A stretch of DNA of 37,210 nt. Source: a virus (Duplodnaviria > Caudoviricetes). The notes beneath the pieces were generated by a model, which was not told the DNA's origin, did no database searches, and saw only the letters and a program-made list of their open reading frames with translations. Location: the IMG/VR virus record IMGVR_UViG_3300032305_002169, positions 1 to 37,210 of that record. The stretch is one strand, 5' to 3'. A program made the position numbers and the translations under genes. Positions 27,430 through 35,978 of the stretch are shown piece by piece. Position 1 is the stretch's first letter. Every line of letters begins with the position of its first letter.

Positions 27430-28217
27430 TTACAGTACCCGCAGCTACTATTGCGGCTATTCCGTATCAGCAAGAATTCGCTTCACGTGAATCTTTGGAC
27501 GCGCTTTTTTACTCTCTTAACGGAGAGACAAAGCGCGACTGGTTTTCGAAGCACGCGTATTTCTGTTTACCGCTTGTTATTGGTAATCAGTATGGGTTTG
27601 CGCTGCGGTCCCTGTACGATTTTTCTGCCGTATGGAATGGCGGACCTTCGACTACAGATCTGACAATTACGGTTGCCGACAGCGATAGCTATCAGCGCAC
27701 AAAAAATTTACAGTCTGTGTCTTCGCATTTTGGTATCGGGATAGTCACAGTACAAACGGCGTTTATTTTACGCACGCCGCCTGGGATCAACTTGATGACT
27801 GTGAATCCGCCAAACTATTTTATTGACGGCCTGTACCACATGACTGGCGTTGTAGAGGCGGACAACTTGCGCAGGGATTTTACATTCAATCTCCGCATTA
27901 CGCGACCAAATTACGAAGTTCGAATAAAGCGCGGAGATATTATCGGCTGTTTTATGCCGTACCCGCGCGCGTTTATCGACGGCTTTGCAATTAAGCTAGG
28001 TAATGACATATTTACGCCTGAGCAGATTGCAGAGGAGCAGAAGTGCGCCGCCGACTTTGCTGAAGAACGTTCTGGGCCTGACAGAGAAAAACGCTATCGC
28101 AACGGTCGGCGGTATTTCCGCGGTGAAGATGTTTACGGAAACAAGTTCACAGAGCATCAAACGCACATTCGCCCGGATCAAGTTGATGTACCCAGCCCAG
28201 ACCCGGCAGATGCCTGA
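27426..28217 (+). CDS. DUF6065-like protein
   Basis: AYFCLPL..GNQYG, HFG.GIVT, RTPPG.NL...PPN, GVVEAD...FTFN; ATGA coupling. Confidence 0.75.
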   Translation: MITVPAATIAAIPYQQEFASRESLDALFYSLNGETKRDWFSKHAYFCLPLVIGNQYGFALRSLYDFSAVWNGGPSTTDLTITVADSDSYQRTKNLQSVSSHFGIGIVTVQTAFILRTPPGINLMTVNPPNYFIDGLYHMTGVVEADNLRRDFTFNLRITRPNYEVRIKRGDIIGCFMPYPRAFIDGFAIKLGNDIFTPEQIAEEQKCAADFAEERSGPDREKRYRNGRRYFRGEDVYGNKFTEHQTHIRPDQVDVPSPDPADA

Positions 28218-28671
28218 GTGCCGGCTGTTTAGGCGACTTCTCGGATTCGCAGAGTATTACGCAACGACAACCGCAGCGTTCTGCTATTTTGACCACGTTG
28301 GCGCGGTACACCGATACAGGTCTATTGCGATCGAGTAATTGGGCGGCTATCAACGCCTGAACGCCAATCGCGCAGAAGCCGCGGTTGCGATATTCTGGGT
28401 CGGTGAAGCATTCTATTGTTTGAACGTTAACAAGTTTGCCTTTGTACCGTTCAACAAATCGCCTCGTTCCTACCCAGGCGGCAAACGTATCGTTATGCCA
28501 AATCATCGCTATGTTCATCGCCTCTTGCGGCCCGATTGTGGGCGTAAGATAGCGTGTAGCTAATTCTTCTTGCATGTTATAGCCAGGGTTAGACAACCTG
28601 CTATACATGGCTGTGACCTCAATAGGCCGCAGATCATTGATATCGCGAATGTAGATTTTGAATAGCGGCAT
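28147..28671 (-). CDS. GNAT-family acetyltransferase-like protein
   Basis: FTDPEYRNRGF resembles acetyl-CoA motif A. Confidence 0.6.
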   Translation of the reverse strand: MPLFKIYIRDINDLRPIEVTAMYSRLSNPGYNMQEELATRYLTPTIGPQEAMNIAMIWHNDTFAAWVGTRRFVERYKGKLVNVQTIECFTDPEYRNRGFCAIGVQALIAAQLLDRNRPVSVYRANVVKIAERCGCRCVILCESEKSPKQPALRHLPGLGWVHQLDPGECAFDAL

Positions 28672-28677
28672 AATAAG

Positions 28678-28748
28678 AGCCCCCAGATGGAATCAAACCA
28701 TCATCGGCTGATTACAAATCAGCTGCATTATCGTTATGCTATGGGGGC
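28678..28748 (-). tRNA. tRNA-Thr(UGU), atypical D and T loops
   Basis: GCCCCCA TA GCAT AACGATA ATGC A GCTGA TTTGTAA TCAGC CGAT GATGG TTTGATT CCATC TGGGGGC T; all four stems pair; no encoded CCA. Confidence 0.85.
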
Positions 28749-29171
28749 AGTTTTAATTGACCAATTGAATTGTTTGGCTGTTTTTCGCCTATGGCAATTC
28801 GCGCAGCGCACGACGCATTTTTTAATTTCTTGTTTTACCGCTTTTGCGCTACTGTTTTTTAGACGAGAAATTACATTACGTTTCTCGCCGCGCACGTGAT
28901 CAAATTCTAAAACAACAGGATCTGTTTCGCCGCAGTCGACGCACGGGTGGGCGCTTAAATATGCACAAACAAACGTGTGCGCCTTTTCTCGCGCCTTACG
29001 GCGATTTTGTTTTATGTACTGCCGACGTTCTGGATGCGCCGCGTAGTGCGCGCGATCATACGCTTGTTTGCAAGGTCTGCACATGCTTATGCAACCTGTT
29101 TTTACGCCCGCTCTTTTTTGGAATTCTGAATACAGTTTGATTTTTTTGCATTTCGTGCATTTTTTACGCAT
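28734..29171 (-). CDS. HNH endonuclease (homing-endonuclease-like), 3' end overlapping tRNA
   Basis: CTKC..CRPC Zn finger, CVDCGE.DPVVLEFDH, EIKKC...CANCHR; GGAGG RBS. Confidence 0.88.
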   Translation of the reverse strand: MRKKCTKCKKIKLYSEFQKRAGVKTGCISMCRPCKQAYDRAHYAAHPERRQYIKQNRRKAREKAHTFVCAYLSAHPCVDCGETDPVVLEFDHVRGEKRNVISRLKNSSAKAVKQEIKKCVVRCANCHRRKTAKQFNWSIKTAPIA

Positions 29172-29256
29172 ACCGTTGTTCCTCCATGAACATACGGCAT
29201 ATTGTAGTTATTACAAACCGTGATTACAAACCAATCTATCGCCAGCGTTAAATAAA

Positions 29257-29565
29257 TTATTCTGCGTCGTCGATATCGTCGTCGTCGAAGTATTCAGGAT
29301 CTTCATCGTCGTCATCGTCTTCGTCGTAATCTGACCATTCCTGATCTTCGTCTTCGTCTTCGTCGTCTTCGTCGTCAACGAACCAGTGCGTTACGCCAGT
29401 TTTTAAACTGTCGTCATCATCGCTTATGTCCGAGTCGTCGTCATCAATTTCTTCGTCGTCTTCGACAAACTGCCATTCTTCGTCAAGAAAGTCGTCGTCG
29501 AAGTTCTCGTCGCGCCGACTGGCGATAGACAATTGCGAATACCAATCACATTCGTCGCGCTGCAT
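29257..29565 (-). CDS. Highly acidic small protein
   Basis: AAGGAG RBS; more than half the residues are D/E, interspersed with W/F/Y. Confidence 0.65.
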   Translation of the reverse strand: MQRDECDWYSQLSIASRRDENFDDDFLDEEWQFVEDDEEIDDDDSDISDDDDSLKTGVTHWFVDDEDDEDEDEDQEWSDYDEDDDDDEDPEYFDDDDIDDAE

Positions 29566-29575
29566 GACCGACTCC

Positions 29576-32209
29576 TTAGCCCACGTTCTTTTTCAACTCT
29601 GGTTCTGGCTCGGCTATACGCAAGCCATCGCACCAGGATTTATTAAGAAGAAACCCGGACAAGTTATTTATGGTTTTTTCTCCGGCAAAAACACCAGCAT
29701 TCTCGAAACAGTTTAACAAAGCATTCCAATTAGGAGCAATGCCCGTTTTACGTTGCAGATACGTATTTACGGCTTTTTTATTGATCCACCAGTGCTGTTT
29801 ATTCCGGATGAGAAAATCATACCGCTGGTTGCTCTTTCGGGGCTGCGGCAATAGCGCTATGTCGCCGTCGGTTATAGCGTTGTTTATGTCGCGCATAAGT
29901 AGGATGTGTGCGGACTCAGGACCGACTATTAGGCTTTCTGCGGCGAGCAGGTTAAAACTCTCGCCGTATGTCTGGTTTAGCCATTTATGCAGATCAGCTA
30001 GGACAACCCTGAATAGGGGCAGGCCAGATTTAACGGCTAACCTGTCCCGTAAAACGTGCTGTATGTAGGCCGGCAGCACGAACTTTAAATTAGCTATGCC
30101 TAGTTCGGCAGGGAATTTGGCTGTTGGCGCTAATGCGTACCAGCCGTAACTCGTAGCGGTAACTAAACTCTGTGGCAGCGCTTTAAGTATCGCCGGCGAG
30201 TGTAACTCACTTATTAGGCTGCCGCGGATGCTACTGTCGTTATCGCCGATACTTTCCACAAATGTCGGCCACTGTAAATGCTGCATAACGCGGACAAGGC
30301 CGCCGGCACTATTTAACACACCAGTACCGACCGAAACGCTATGGCAGCCCAGCTCGTCCGCAATTGGCGCCACTCTATCAAATAATCGGGAGTCGAGCGC
30401 AAAACCAATGGGATCTGCGTCCAGCGGCGGCGAGATCATGTCTGCCAGCACTACCGCGGTAAGGGCCCAAAGCGCAGCGTTCTCGTGAGACGGCGCGAGT
30501 AATTGTGTAAGGGCTTCTGGCGCTACGGTATCTGGCTCCGGGAAGGCGAGCGGGTTAGTAGCGCGCAGCTCTGGGTAAGGCGTCGCTATTACAGTCCCGT
30601 CGTTCTTCATGCCATAGTCGCGGAAATGAAACTCGCGGGTTTTGGCGTTCCAGCCGGGCATAGTGGTTACGGTGACTGCTTGTGGCGGTTGGAGCATCAT
30701 CGCAACGGACAGCGATTTAACATTCCATTGCGGGGCTGTGGTTACCAGCTCGCCATGCTCAGCCATCATGCGGCAGATGTAATTAAATAACCCGGGCTTA
30801 TCTATATCGGTGGACGACGCAAAGAAATCGTATGTGCTGCCGTCTTTTTTTACGTGGCCATCATAAAACTTCTGGCCGGCATCCGTATAGATAACGTGGG
30901 TAATTACTGGAGCACAATTGCTTATGACCATGCCGCTGGTTGTTTGCCAGCAGTCGTCGCGGTCGAGTACGTCGGCCCAGTGGCGCTTATTTGCGTCAAC
31001 GCCGTGATGAGGAGTTATACGAGACAGTATTTTGTTGATCTCGGCGCTAGACAGGATGGTACGGGTTTGCAGAAACTTTGTCAGCTTGTCCCGCATTATG
31101 TTGAGCTCGGAAGCAAATGCCTGCGCAGCTATCCCGGTGTTTGTTTTAAACACGCGCTCGAGGGCGTCTTGCCAAGTAACAGCGACGCGGCGCATATCGG
31201 CTAATAGCTTCACTGTCTGCCGTGGATTACTGGGGGCGTCGCTTACTCGCTCTGGCGGTACTGACACATAACCGCGTGCCGCGGCTGCCTGAGACACCAT
31301 TCCTGGCGTTACAGTCTTCCCAGCAAAAAACCGCTGTGTGTGGGCAAACATTTGAAGCGTGACGCCGTGGCTTGTCGCTTCTTTTCCCGTATAGCTAGCG
31401 CATATAGGCAAAAAGCCGGCGCCATGCCAAAGCTGCGATGTCTGGGCTCGTAATACCCAAAGCGGGTCGTCCACAACAAAAAACGAATTGCCTAGCGCGC
31501 TATTTAAAGGTAATTGCGCTGTATGCATTAAATAATAGCCGGCATCTGGCGTATATTTGGCATTACGTGATACGCCAATAAACGCCCGGCTTTGCCTGAG
31601 GTCGTCGCCGTATTGAATGAGCAGAAAACCGCTAATTCTTTGGGGTAGGTCGTAATAGGGCAAAACCGCACACGGTGCTTTAGACAGCTGCGCGGGAAAA
31701 CCTCTAGCAACTGACTTACAAAGAGTCTCTATTTGTTTACTGTGCGCTACGCCAATAAGCTCCGCGCAATCAATATCTTTCGAAATACCCAAATCCCGGA
31801 GCTTGCTGACGATGTTTGGGTCGTCGTGGGTCCAGAGCTGCTTTTTGGCGTTTTCCCAGAATTTTTCGGCAACTAGGCTTCTGTTGTGCGCCTTTGTTAA
31901 ATTGGCGACTTCTACAGCCACTGTGCTCCTGGCGCATAGGCCTTTTTCGTCAAAGCGGGCTAGCGCTTCAGAAAGGCCCAGCTTCCAGATCTGAGCGGCG
32001 AATGTTATGATATTTCCATGCGCCGAGCAGGTATCGCACGCTAACCAGATATCTTCCCGGGTTGTATCGTCGTAGCAATAAAGTGTTGATTTGTTACAAA
32101 CCGGACACGACAATACTGTAGGAAACGTCGTATTCTCGTCGGCAATGCCCATAAATATTAGGGCGTTGACGTGATTCGATCGGCCAATAATGGAGCTAAA
32201 TAAAGCCAT
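29576..32209 (-). CDS. Large protein with N-terminal primase-type zinc finger
   Basis: CPVC...CDTC...GNIITF...EAL; DnaG-like spacing PYYDLPQRISGF; start uncertain. Confidence 0.55.
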   Translation of the reverse strand: MALFSSIIGRSNHVNALIFMGIADENTTFPTVLSCPVCNKSTLYCYDDTTREDIWLACDTCSAHGNIITFAAQIWKLGLSEALARFDEKGLCARSTVAVEVANLTKAHNRSLVAEKFWENAKKQLWTHDDPNIVSKLRDLGISKDIDCAELIGVAHSKQIETLCKSVARGFPAQLSKAPCAVLPYYDLPQRISGFLLIQYGDDLRQSRAFIGVSRNAKYTPDAGYYLMHTAQLPLNSALGNSFFVVDDPLWVLRAQTSQLWHGAGFLPICASYTGKEATSHGVTLQMFAHTQRFFAGKTVTPGMVSQAAAARGYVSVPPERVSDAPSNPRQTVKLLADMRRVAVTWQDALERVFKTNTGIAAQAFASELNIMRDKLTKFLQTRTILSSAEINKILSRITPHHGVDANKRHWADVLDRDDCWQTTSGMVISNCAPVITHVIYTDAGQKFYDGHVKKDGSTYDFFASSTDIDKPGLFNYICRMMAEHGELVTTAPQWNVKSLSVAMMLQPPQAVTVTTMPGWNAKTREFHFRDYGMKNDGTVIATPYPELRATNPLAFPEPDTVAPEALTQLLAPSHENAALWALTAVVLADMISPPLDADPIGFALDSRLFDRVAPIADELGCHSVSVGTGVLNSAGGLVRVMQHLQWPTFVESIGDNDSSIRGSLISELHSPAILKALPQSLVTATSYGWYALAPTAKFPAELGIANLKFVLPAYIQHVLRDRLAVKSGLPLFRVVLADLHKWLNQTYGESFNLLAAESLIVGPESAHILLMRDINNAITDGDIALLPQPRKSNQRYDFLIRNKQHWWINKKAVNTYLQRKTGIAPNWNALLNCFENAGVFAGEKTINNLSGFLLNKSWCDGLRIAEPEPELKKNVG

Positions 32210-33392
32210 GGATATTCTGGACCATACCCGCGATATTAGTGGTCGTGAAACGCACCGGATGCTTTCTTTATACCCGGCGCCAGACTTTGTAAAAAGCGCT
32301 AATCATGAGCGACTCCATGGCGATCCCGAGAAATTAGCCCGCCATCTGTACGCTGAACCGCGCCAGAAACTGTATCCCTGCCACACTGCTCCGGCCACGT
32401 GGATGTCTGCGCTTTGGTTTAATGAGAAGCGTGACCAGTTTGATGAGAAGACTGCGTCGGCTATTGAAGAGCGACTTACCGCCGCTGCCTCGTATTTTGG
32501 TATTGCGGGCCTTGTTAGCGAAATGCGGGAAAAAGTTGCCTCGGCTATTTCCCACGATTTAAACAACCTGCCTGACGAGGATTTTGCAATCGTCTGGCGC
32601 AGCGAGTCAGGCGCTACAGAGCGGCACTGGCCTCTTCGCAACGCCACAGAGGTAAAATTCGCTTCGGCGCATTTTAAGCGCTATCGCAACGAATTCGTAT
32701 TTGCTGACCGCTGCAAGATCGCTAATAAGATCCTAGACAAGGCCTTGGCGTACGGAGCCGATATAAGCCCCGCAGAAGGCTGTTTAGATACAGCCGCTGG
32801 TCGTGGTGTATGCGCCGTTAAAGTGGCCGCAGCGCTTCTCAGGGAGCGTGCCAAGCTTACTCGGCGGTCGCACGCAGAGCTGAGCCAGGAGATTGAGAAA
32901 CTGGCGCAGCTGCTTGAGGCTAATCCGCTGGAAGCCGCTCGAGAAGAGTGCCGATTCAAGGTAGCCAGCATTGTTGATCAGTTCGACCGTGACACAAAGC
33001 TGCAGCGCCTTTATGACGAGGGCGGCCTGGATCGACCGGAAGACGTCCTTTTCGCTGTCACAGAAAAGGTAGCCCGGGATTTTATGTCTGGCCACGTCGA
33101 GACGACTACGGGCAATGTTTACGCCCTAGCCGACCTAGAGAAGCTGGCAGTTGAAGATATCCGCGCAGTTATGGGCGACGACTTTGCCGACGCTGTATCA
33201 GCCGGCGGCGTTTACACCGACCGGGACAAGATGGCGGCTATTGTGCCGACACTTGACCGCGGTATGGCTACGACGCTCGACCGGCTTATGCAGGAAAAGA
33301 AAGCTTACCCGGTTGCTACAAATGCAGCTGAGGAGGCTCTTTTGGACGACGAGATGATTTACGATCTCGCCTACGACGTCGACGACGAGTAA
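32190..33392 (+). CDS. Hypothetical protein (400 aa; alternative start 32208)
   Basis: ATGGAGCTAAAT reads on the PLUS strand at 32190 with TAA at 33390-33392; track strand label is wrong. Confidence 0.8.
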   Translation: MELNKAMDILDHTRDISGRETHRMLSLYPAPDFVKSANHERLHGDPEKLARHLYAEPRQKLYPCHTAPATWMSALWFNEKRDQFDEKTASAIEERLTAAASYFGIAGLVSEMREKVASAISHDLNNLPDEDFAIVWRSESGATERHWPLRNATEVKFASAHFKRYRNEFVFADRCKIANKILDKALAYGADISPAEGCLDTAAGRGVCAVKVAAALLRERAKLTRRSHAELSQEIEKLAQLLEANPLEAAREECRFKVASIVDQFDRDTKLQRLYDEGGLDRPEDVLFAVTEKVARDFMSGHVETTTGNVYALADLEKLAVEDIRAVMGDDFADAVSAGGVYTDRDKMAAIVPTLDRGMATTLDRLMQEKKAYPVATNAAEEALLDDEMIYDLAYDVDDE

Positions 33393-33394
33393 GC

Positions 33395-33595
33395 TTACTT
33401 TGGCTTACCTAATCTCGCCTGCCTTGCCCGATGATCAAATTTGAGCTTCGGGACAAGCTCTTTGCGCATAATTTGCACGTTGTTCGGGGCGTTAATCCCA
33501 ATCTTTACGCCGCCCGGGATTAGCGACACGACCATAATCTCAATATCGTCACCGATCTGAATTACCTCGTTCAATTTGCGTGCAAGAACTAACAC
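33395..33595 (-). CDS. csrA: Carbon storage regulator CsrA homologue
   Basis: MLVLARKLNEVIQIGDDIEI.V.......VKIGINAP..VQIMRKEL; GTG start, GAGG RBS. Confidence 0.92.
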   Translation of the reverse strand: MLVLARKLNEVIQIGDDIEIMVVSLIPGGVKIGINAPNNVQIMRKELVPKLKFDHRARQARLGKPK

Positions 33596-33603
33596 AGCTT
33601 CCT

Positions 33604-34284
33604 CTACTTTTTGGTTAATGATTGCTCAAGCGTCTTTGCCACTGTCGTCGTATTGCCGTTGTTTAATGTAATTGCGCGCAACTGGCCAAGCAGCATTTTT
33701 ACTTTCTCAGTTATGATGCTATTTATCTCAGCCGACTTGCCCGCCTCAACATCGTAAACGGCATTAAACATTTCAGGATCATCTGAAAACTGATTTGCGG
33801 CGTCGGACACATTCGCCTTACGGAGCGCTATCTGTAAGACATCCGGCGCATTAATAATACCTTCTTGGTCAAGCACCGCACCGACATAGGCGCGTATCTC
33901 GTCGCTGAAAGGCCCGTTTTGCTCTTCCTCTGGTGGGGAAATAAGCAATCCTTCTGTGATGCCCCAAGCCACTTCTGCGCTATCGGCAGGGTCAAACATG
34001 TCCGGCCGGTAGGTGTCGCCGCTTAATACGTTGCAGAACGTGATAAAGTCAGGCAAGCTAATGTAGAACGTATCCGACGTAAGGATACTAATCGCCGCCA
34101 TAAGCTTGTCCAGAACGCATTGCGGCAACTCTACGTCGAATTCTTCTTCAATTTCGAGCGTAATGGTATTTGGCTCCCAGCTAAGCCCGTCCATGCCAAA
34201 CCTGTCAAGAAACACTGTCAGCAGCACGCTCGCGAATGTCTGCGGGCTGGTCCATAGGGATTTCATCATTTTGTCGCTTGGCAT
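33604..34284 (-). CDS. Hypothetical protein
   Basis: 226-aa acidic ORF. Confidence 0.8.
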   Translation of the reverse strand: MPSDKMMKSLWTSPQTFASVLLTVFLDRFGMDGLSWEPNTITLEIEEEFDVELPQCVLDKLMAAISILTSDTFYISLPDFITFCNVLSGDTYRPDMFDPADSAEVAWGITEGLLISPPEEEQNGPFSDEIRAYVGAVLDQEGIINAPDVLQIALRKANVSDAANQFSDDPEMFNAVYDVEAGKSAEINSIITEKVKMLLGQLRAITLNNGNTTTVAKTLEQSLTKK

Positions 34285-34726
34285 GGTACCCGTTCCGTTT
34301 TTCTATTTGATGTTTTCCGCGCCGAATAAGCTCTTGTAGATTATACGAAATCGTCTCCATGGGCGGGACGGGGAGCTCGGTTACCGTTTCACCGGACTCG
34401 AGGTCAAGGAACCCCGTATAGCCGGTCCACGTGCAGTATCGGCCGTCTACGAACGCCAGTTGCGCCATATTAGCAATGGCCAGACTTTGGGCTGTCTGAG
34501 ACTCGTCCAGAATTAGCATCCGCTGCTCTGGTCGTAAGAACGCAAGCCGCTCAAGCATATCAGCGGTCAGGACTCTTGTTAATAACGCAGACTCAACCGG
34601 CTCGTCGTCGCCCGGTAACGGGAACCCGCTAGTTTTAACTATATTGCGCAACTGAAGCTTGCTGAGTTTTACGGTCTCGGTTACCATACGCCAAGTAACC
34701 GGTTTTATTTCAATGGAGGTTTCCAT
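34205..34726 (-). CDS. Hypothetical protein
   Basis: Likely start METSIE at 34726 after AAGGA. Confidence 0.65.
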   Translation of the reverse strand: METSIEIKPVTWRMVTETVKLSKLQLRNIVKTSGFPLPGDDEPVESALLTRVLTADMLERLAFLRPEQRMLILDESQTAQSLAIANMAQLAFVDGRYCTWTGYTGFLDLESGETVTELPVPPMETISYNLQELIRRGKHQIEKRNGYHAKRQNDEIPMDQPADIRERAADSVS

Positions 34727-35000
34727 GGTTTCTATCCTTGATGATTTGACCCGAATCGCTAACGGCCGTGCTGAGTTTGTTGTCGCAAGCAAGAGTATCG
34801 AGGATCTGCTGTCTGCTTCAACCTCAAATTCTGTAATTCAGAAAGCGGCTGAACACGGGCTGCACCGCCCTGGTGTCTCGAACGCCAGTGGGCCCTACCC
34901 TGTAGACGCCGACGGCAACACCGACGACGATCTTATGCTCGGCAAGCGCGGCCCTGTTGCTGGCTACCGCCGTGACTTTGTTGTGCTCGCGTCGATCTAG
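34725..35000 (+). CDS. Hypothetical protein
   Basis: GGAGG RBS 5 nt before ATG (MVSILDD). Confidence 0.7.
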   Translation: MVSILDDLTRIANGRAEFVVASKSIEDLLSASTSNSVIQKAAEHGLHRPGVSNASGPYPVDADGNTDDDLMLGKRGPVAGYRRDFVVLASI

Positions 35001-35470
35001 CCGTTCTCGCTACCGAACTTTTTGATGTGCGCCATTCGAGCCGCGTAAAACTGCGCAATGGCTCGAGACGCTCGTTCAAAGTTGGTAACGATATCGGGCA
35101 GAACTACGTCATTAAAAACCTTGTTTACCGCAGCTTGGATGTCGTCGATGTCTGAGCTGCGGTAACGGTTTTCTGCTGCTTTGTTTACGGCTTTGCGCAG
35201 CTCTTCTGATTTGTCCAGTAAGATCTGTAGATACTTTGGGCAAATAAATTGCGCGTCATGGCCGTATCGCCGCATAGTCTGCATGTTCTCTTGCGGCGCT
35301 CTGAATAATTCTGGCCCTTTATCCGGGTCTTTTTTGTCGCTGCTTTTTGGGTCAGCCTCTCGGATGTTTTTTAGATCCCAGCCGTAAGCTCCCATGTCAT
35401 CGTTTGGAGCTGGCATGACATAAGCTGGCCTGGGACGGGCAGGCGTATCGAGCGTGTGTTTTTTGGCCAT
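34997..35470 (-). CDS. Hypothetical protein
   Basis: GGAG RBS, start MAKKH at 35470. Confidence 0.7.
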   Translation of the reverse strand: MAKKHTLDTPARPRPAYVMPAPNDDMGAYGWDLKNIREADPKSSDKKDPDKGPELFRAPQENMQTMRRYGHDAQFICPKYLQILLDKSEELRKAVNKAAENRYRSSDIDDIQAAVNKVFNDVVLPDIVTNFERASRAIAQFYAARMAHIKKFGSENG

Positions 35471-35660
35471 GGTTCTCCAATAGCTAAGGAAAAGCGCAAT
35501 AGCTAAGCCTAAGTGGGAACCAACGACTATTTGCACACATACAGAAAGAGTAGTGTTGCAAATGTCGTGGTTCTAACCTTGACGTTTTGCTAAGAATAAG
35601 CGGCCGCCAATAACAATATGGCGAACACCTAATATGCCCGGCTTTTTGCAGATATTTAGC

Positions 35661-35963
35661 TCAGAAAGTGATGCTAGATACTTGCCCGGTCGCGCTCACA
35701 AATACCAGCTTTACCTGCTGGGTGTCAAGTAGCTCTTTGAGTTTGGCCTTCTTCTCGATATCCATGCCAGCTAGGCACGTCTTGATATTTGAAAAGGCCT
35801 GCCGCTGCGCTTCTTGCCGGCGACGTGCGCACGCTCCGCAACCAGTGTTCACGGTTTTTAGCGCGTCGGCCTGGTTTTGTAGGCACGGAATCTCTGCCGT
35901 AAATTTCTCGTCAGCTACCATGCTAACGATTGTGGCGTCTTCGATTACTACGTTGTCGCGCAT
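35661..35963 (-). CDS. Hypothetical protein with GCGAC..RR motif
   Basis: GGAGG RBS; 100 aa. Confidence 0.75.
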   Translation of the reverse strand: MRDNVVIEDATIVSMVADEKFTAEIPCLQNQADALKTVNTGCGACARRRQEAQRQAFSNIKTCLAGMDIEKKAKLKELLDTQQVKLVFVSATGQVSSITF

Positions 35964-35978
35964 AATGTCCTCCGTGAC

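Noticed and set aside
32190-33392. Minus-strand label in the supplied ORF track
   Set aside because: The given protein reads directly from the plus strand (ATG 32190, TAA 33390-33392).
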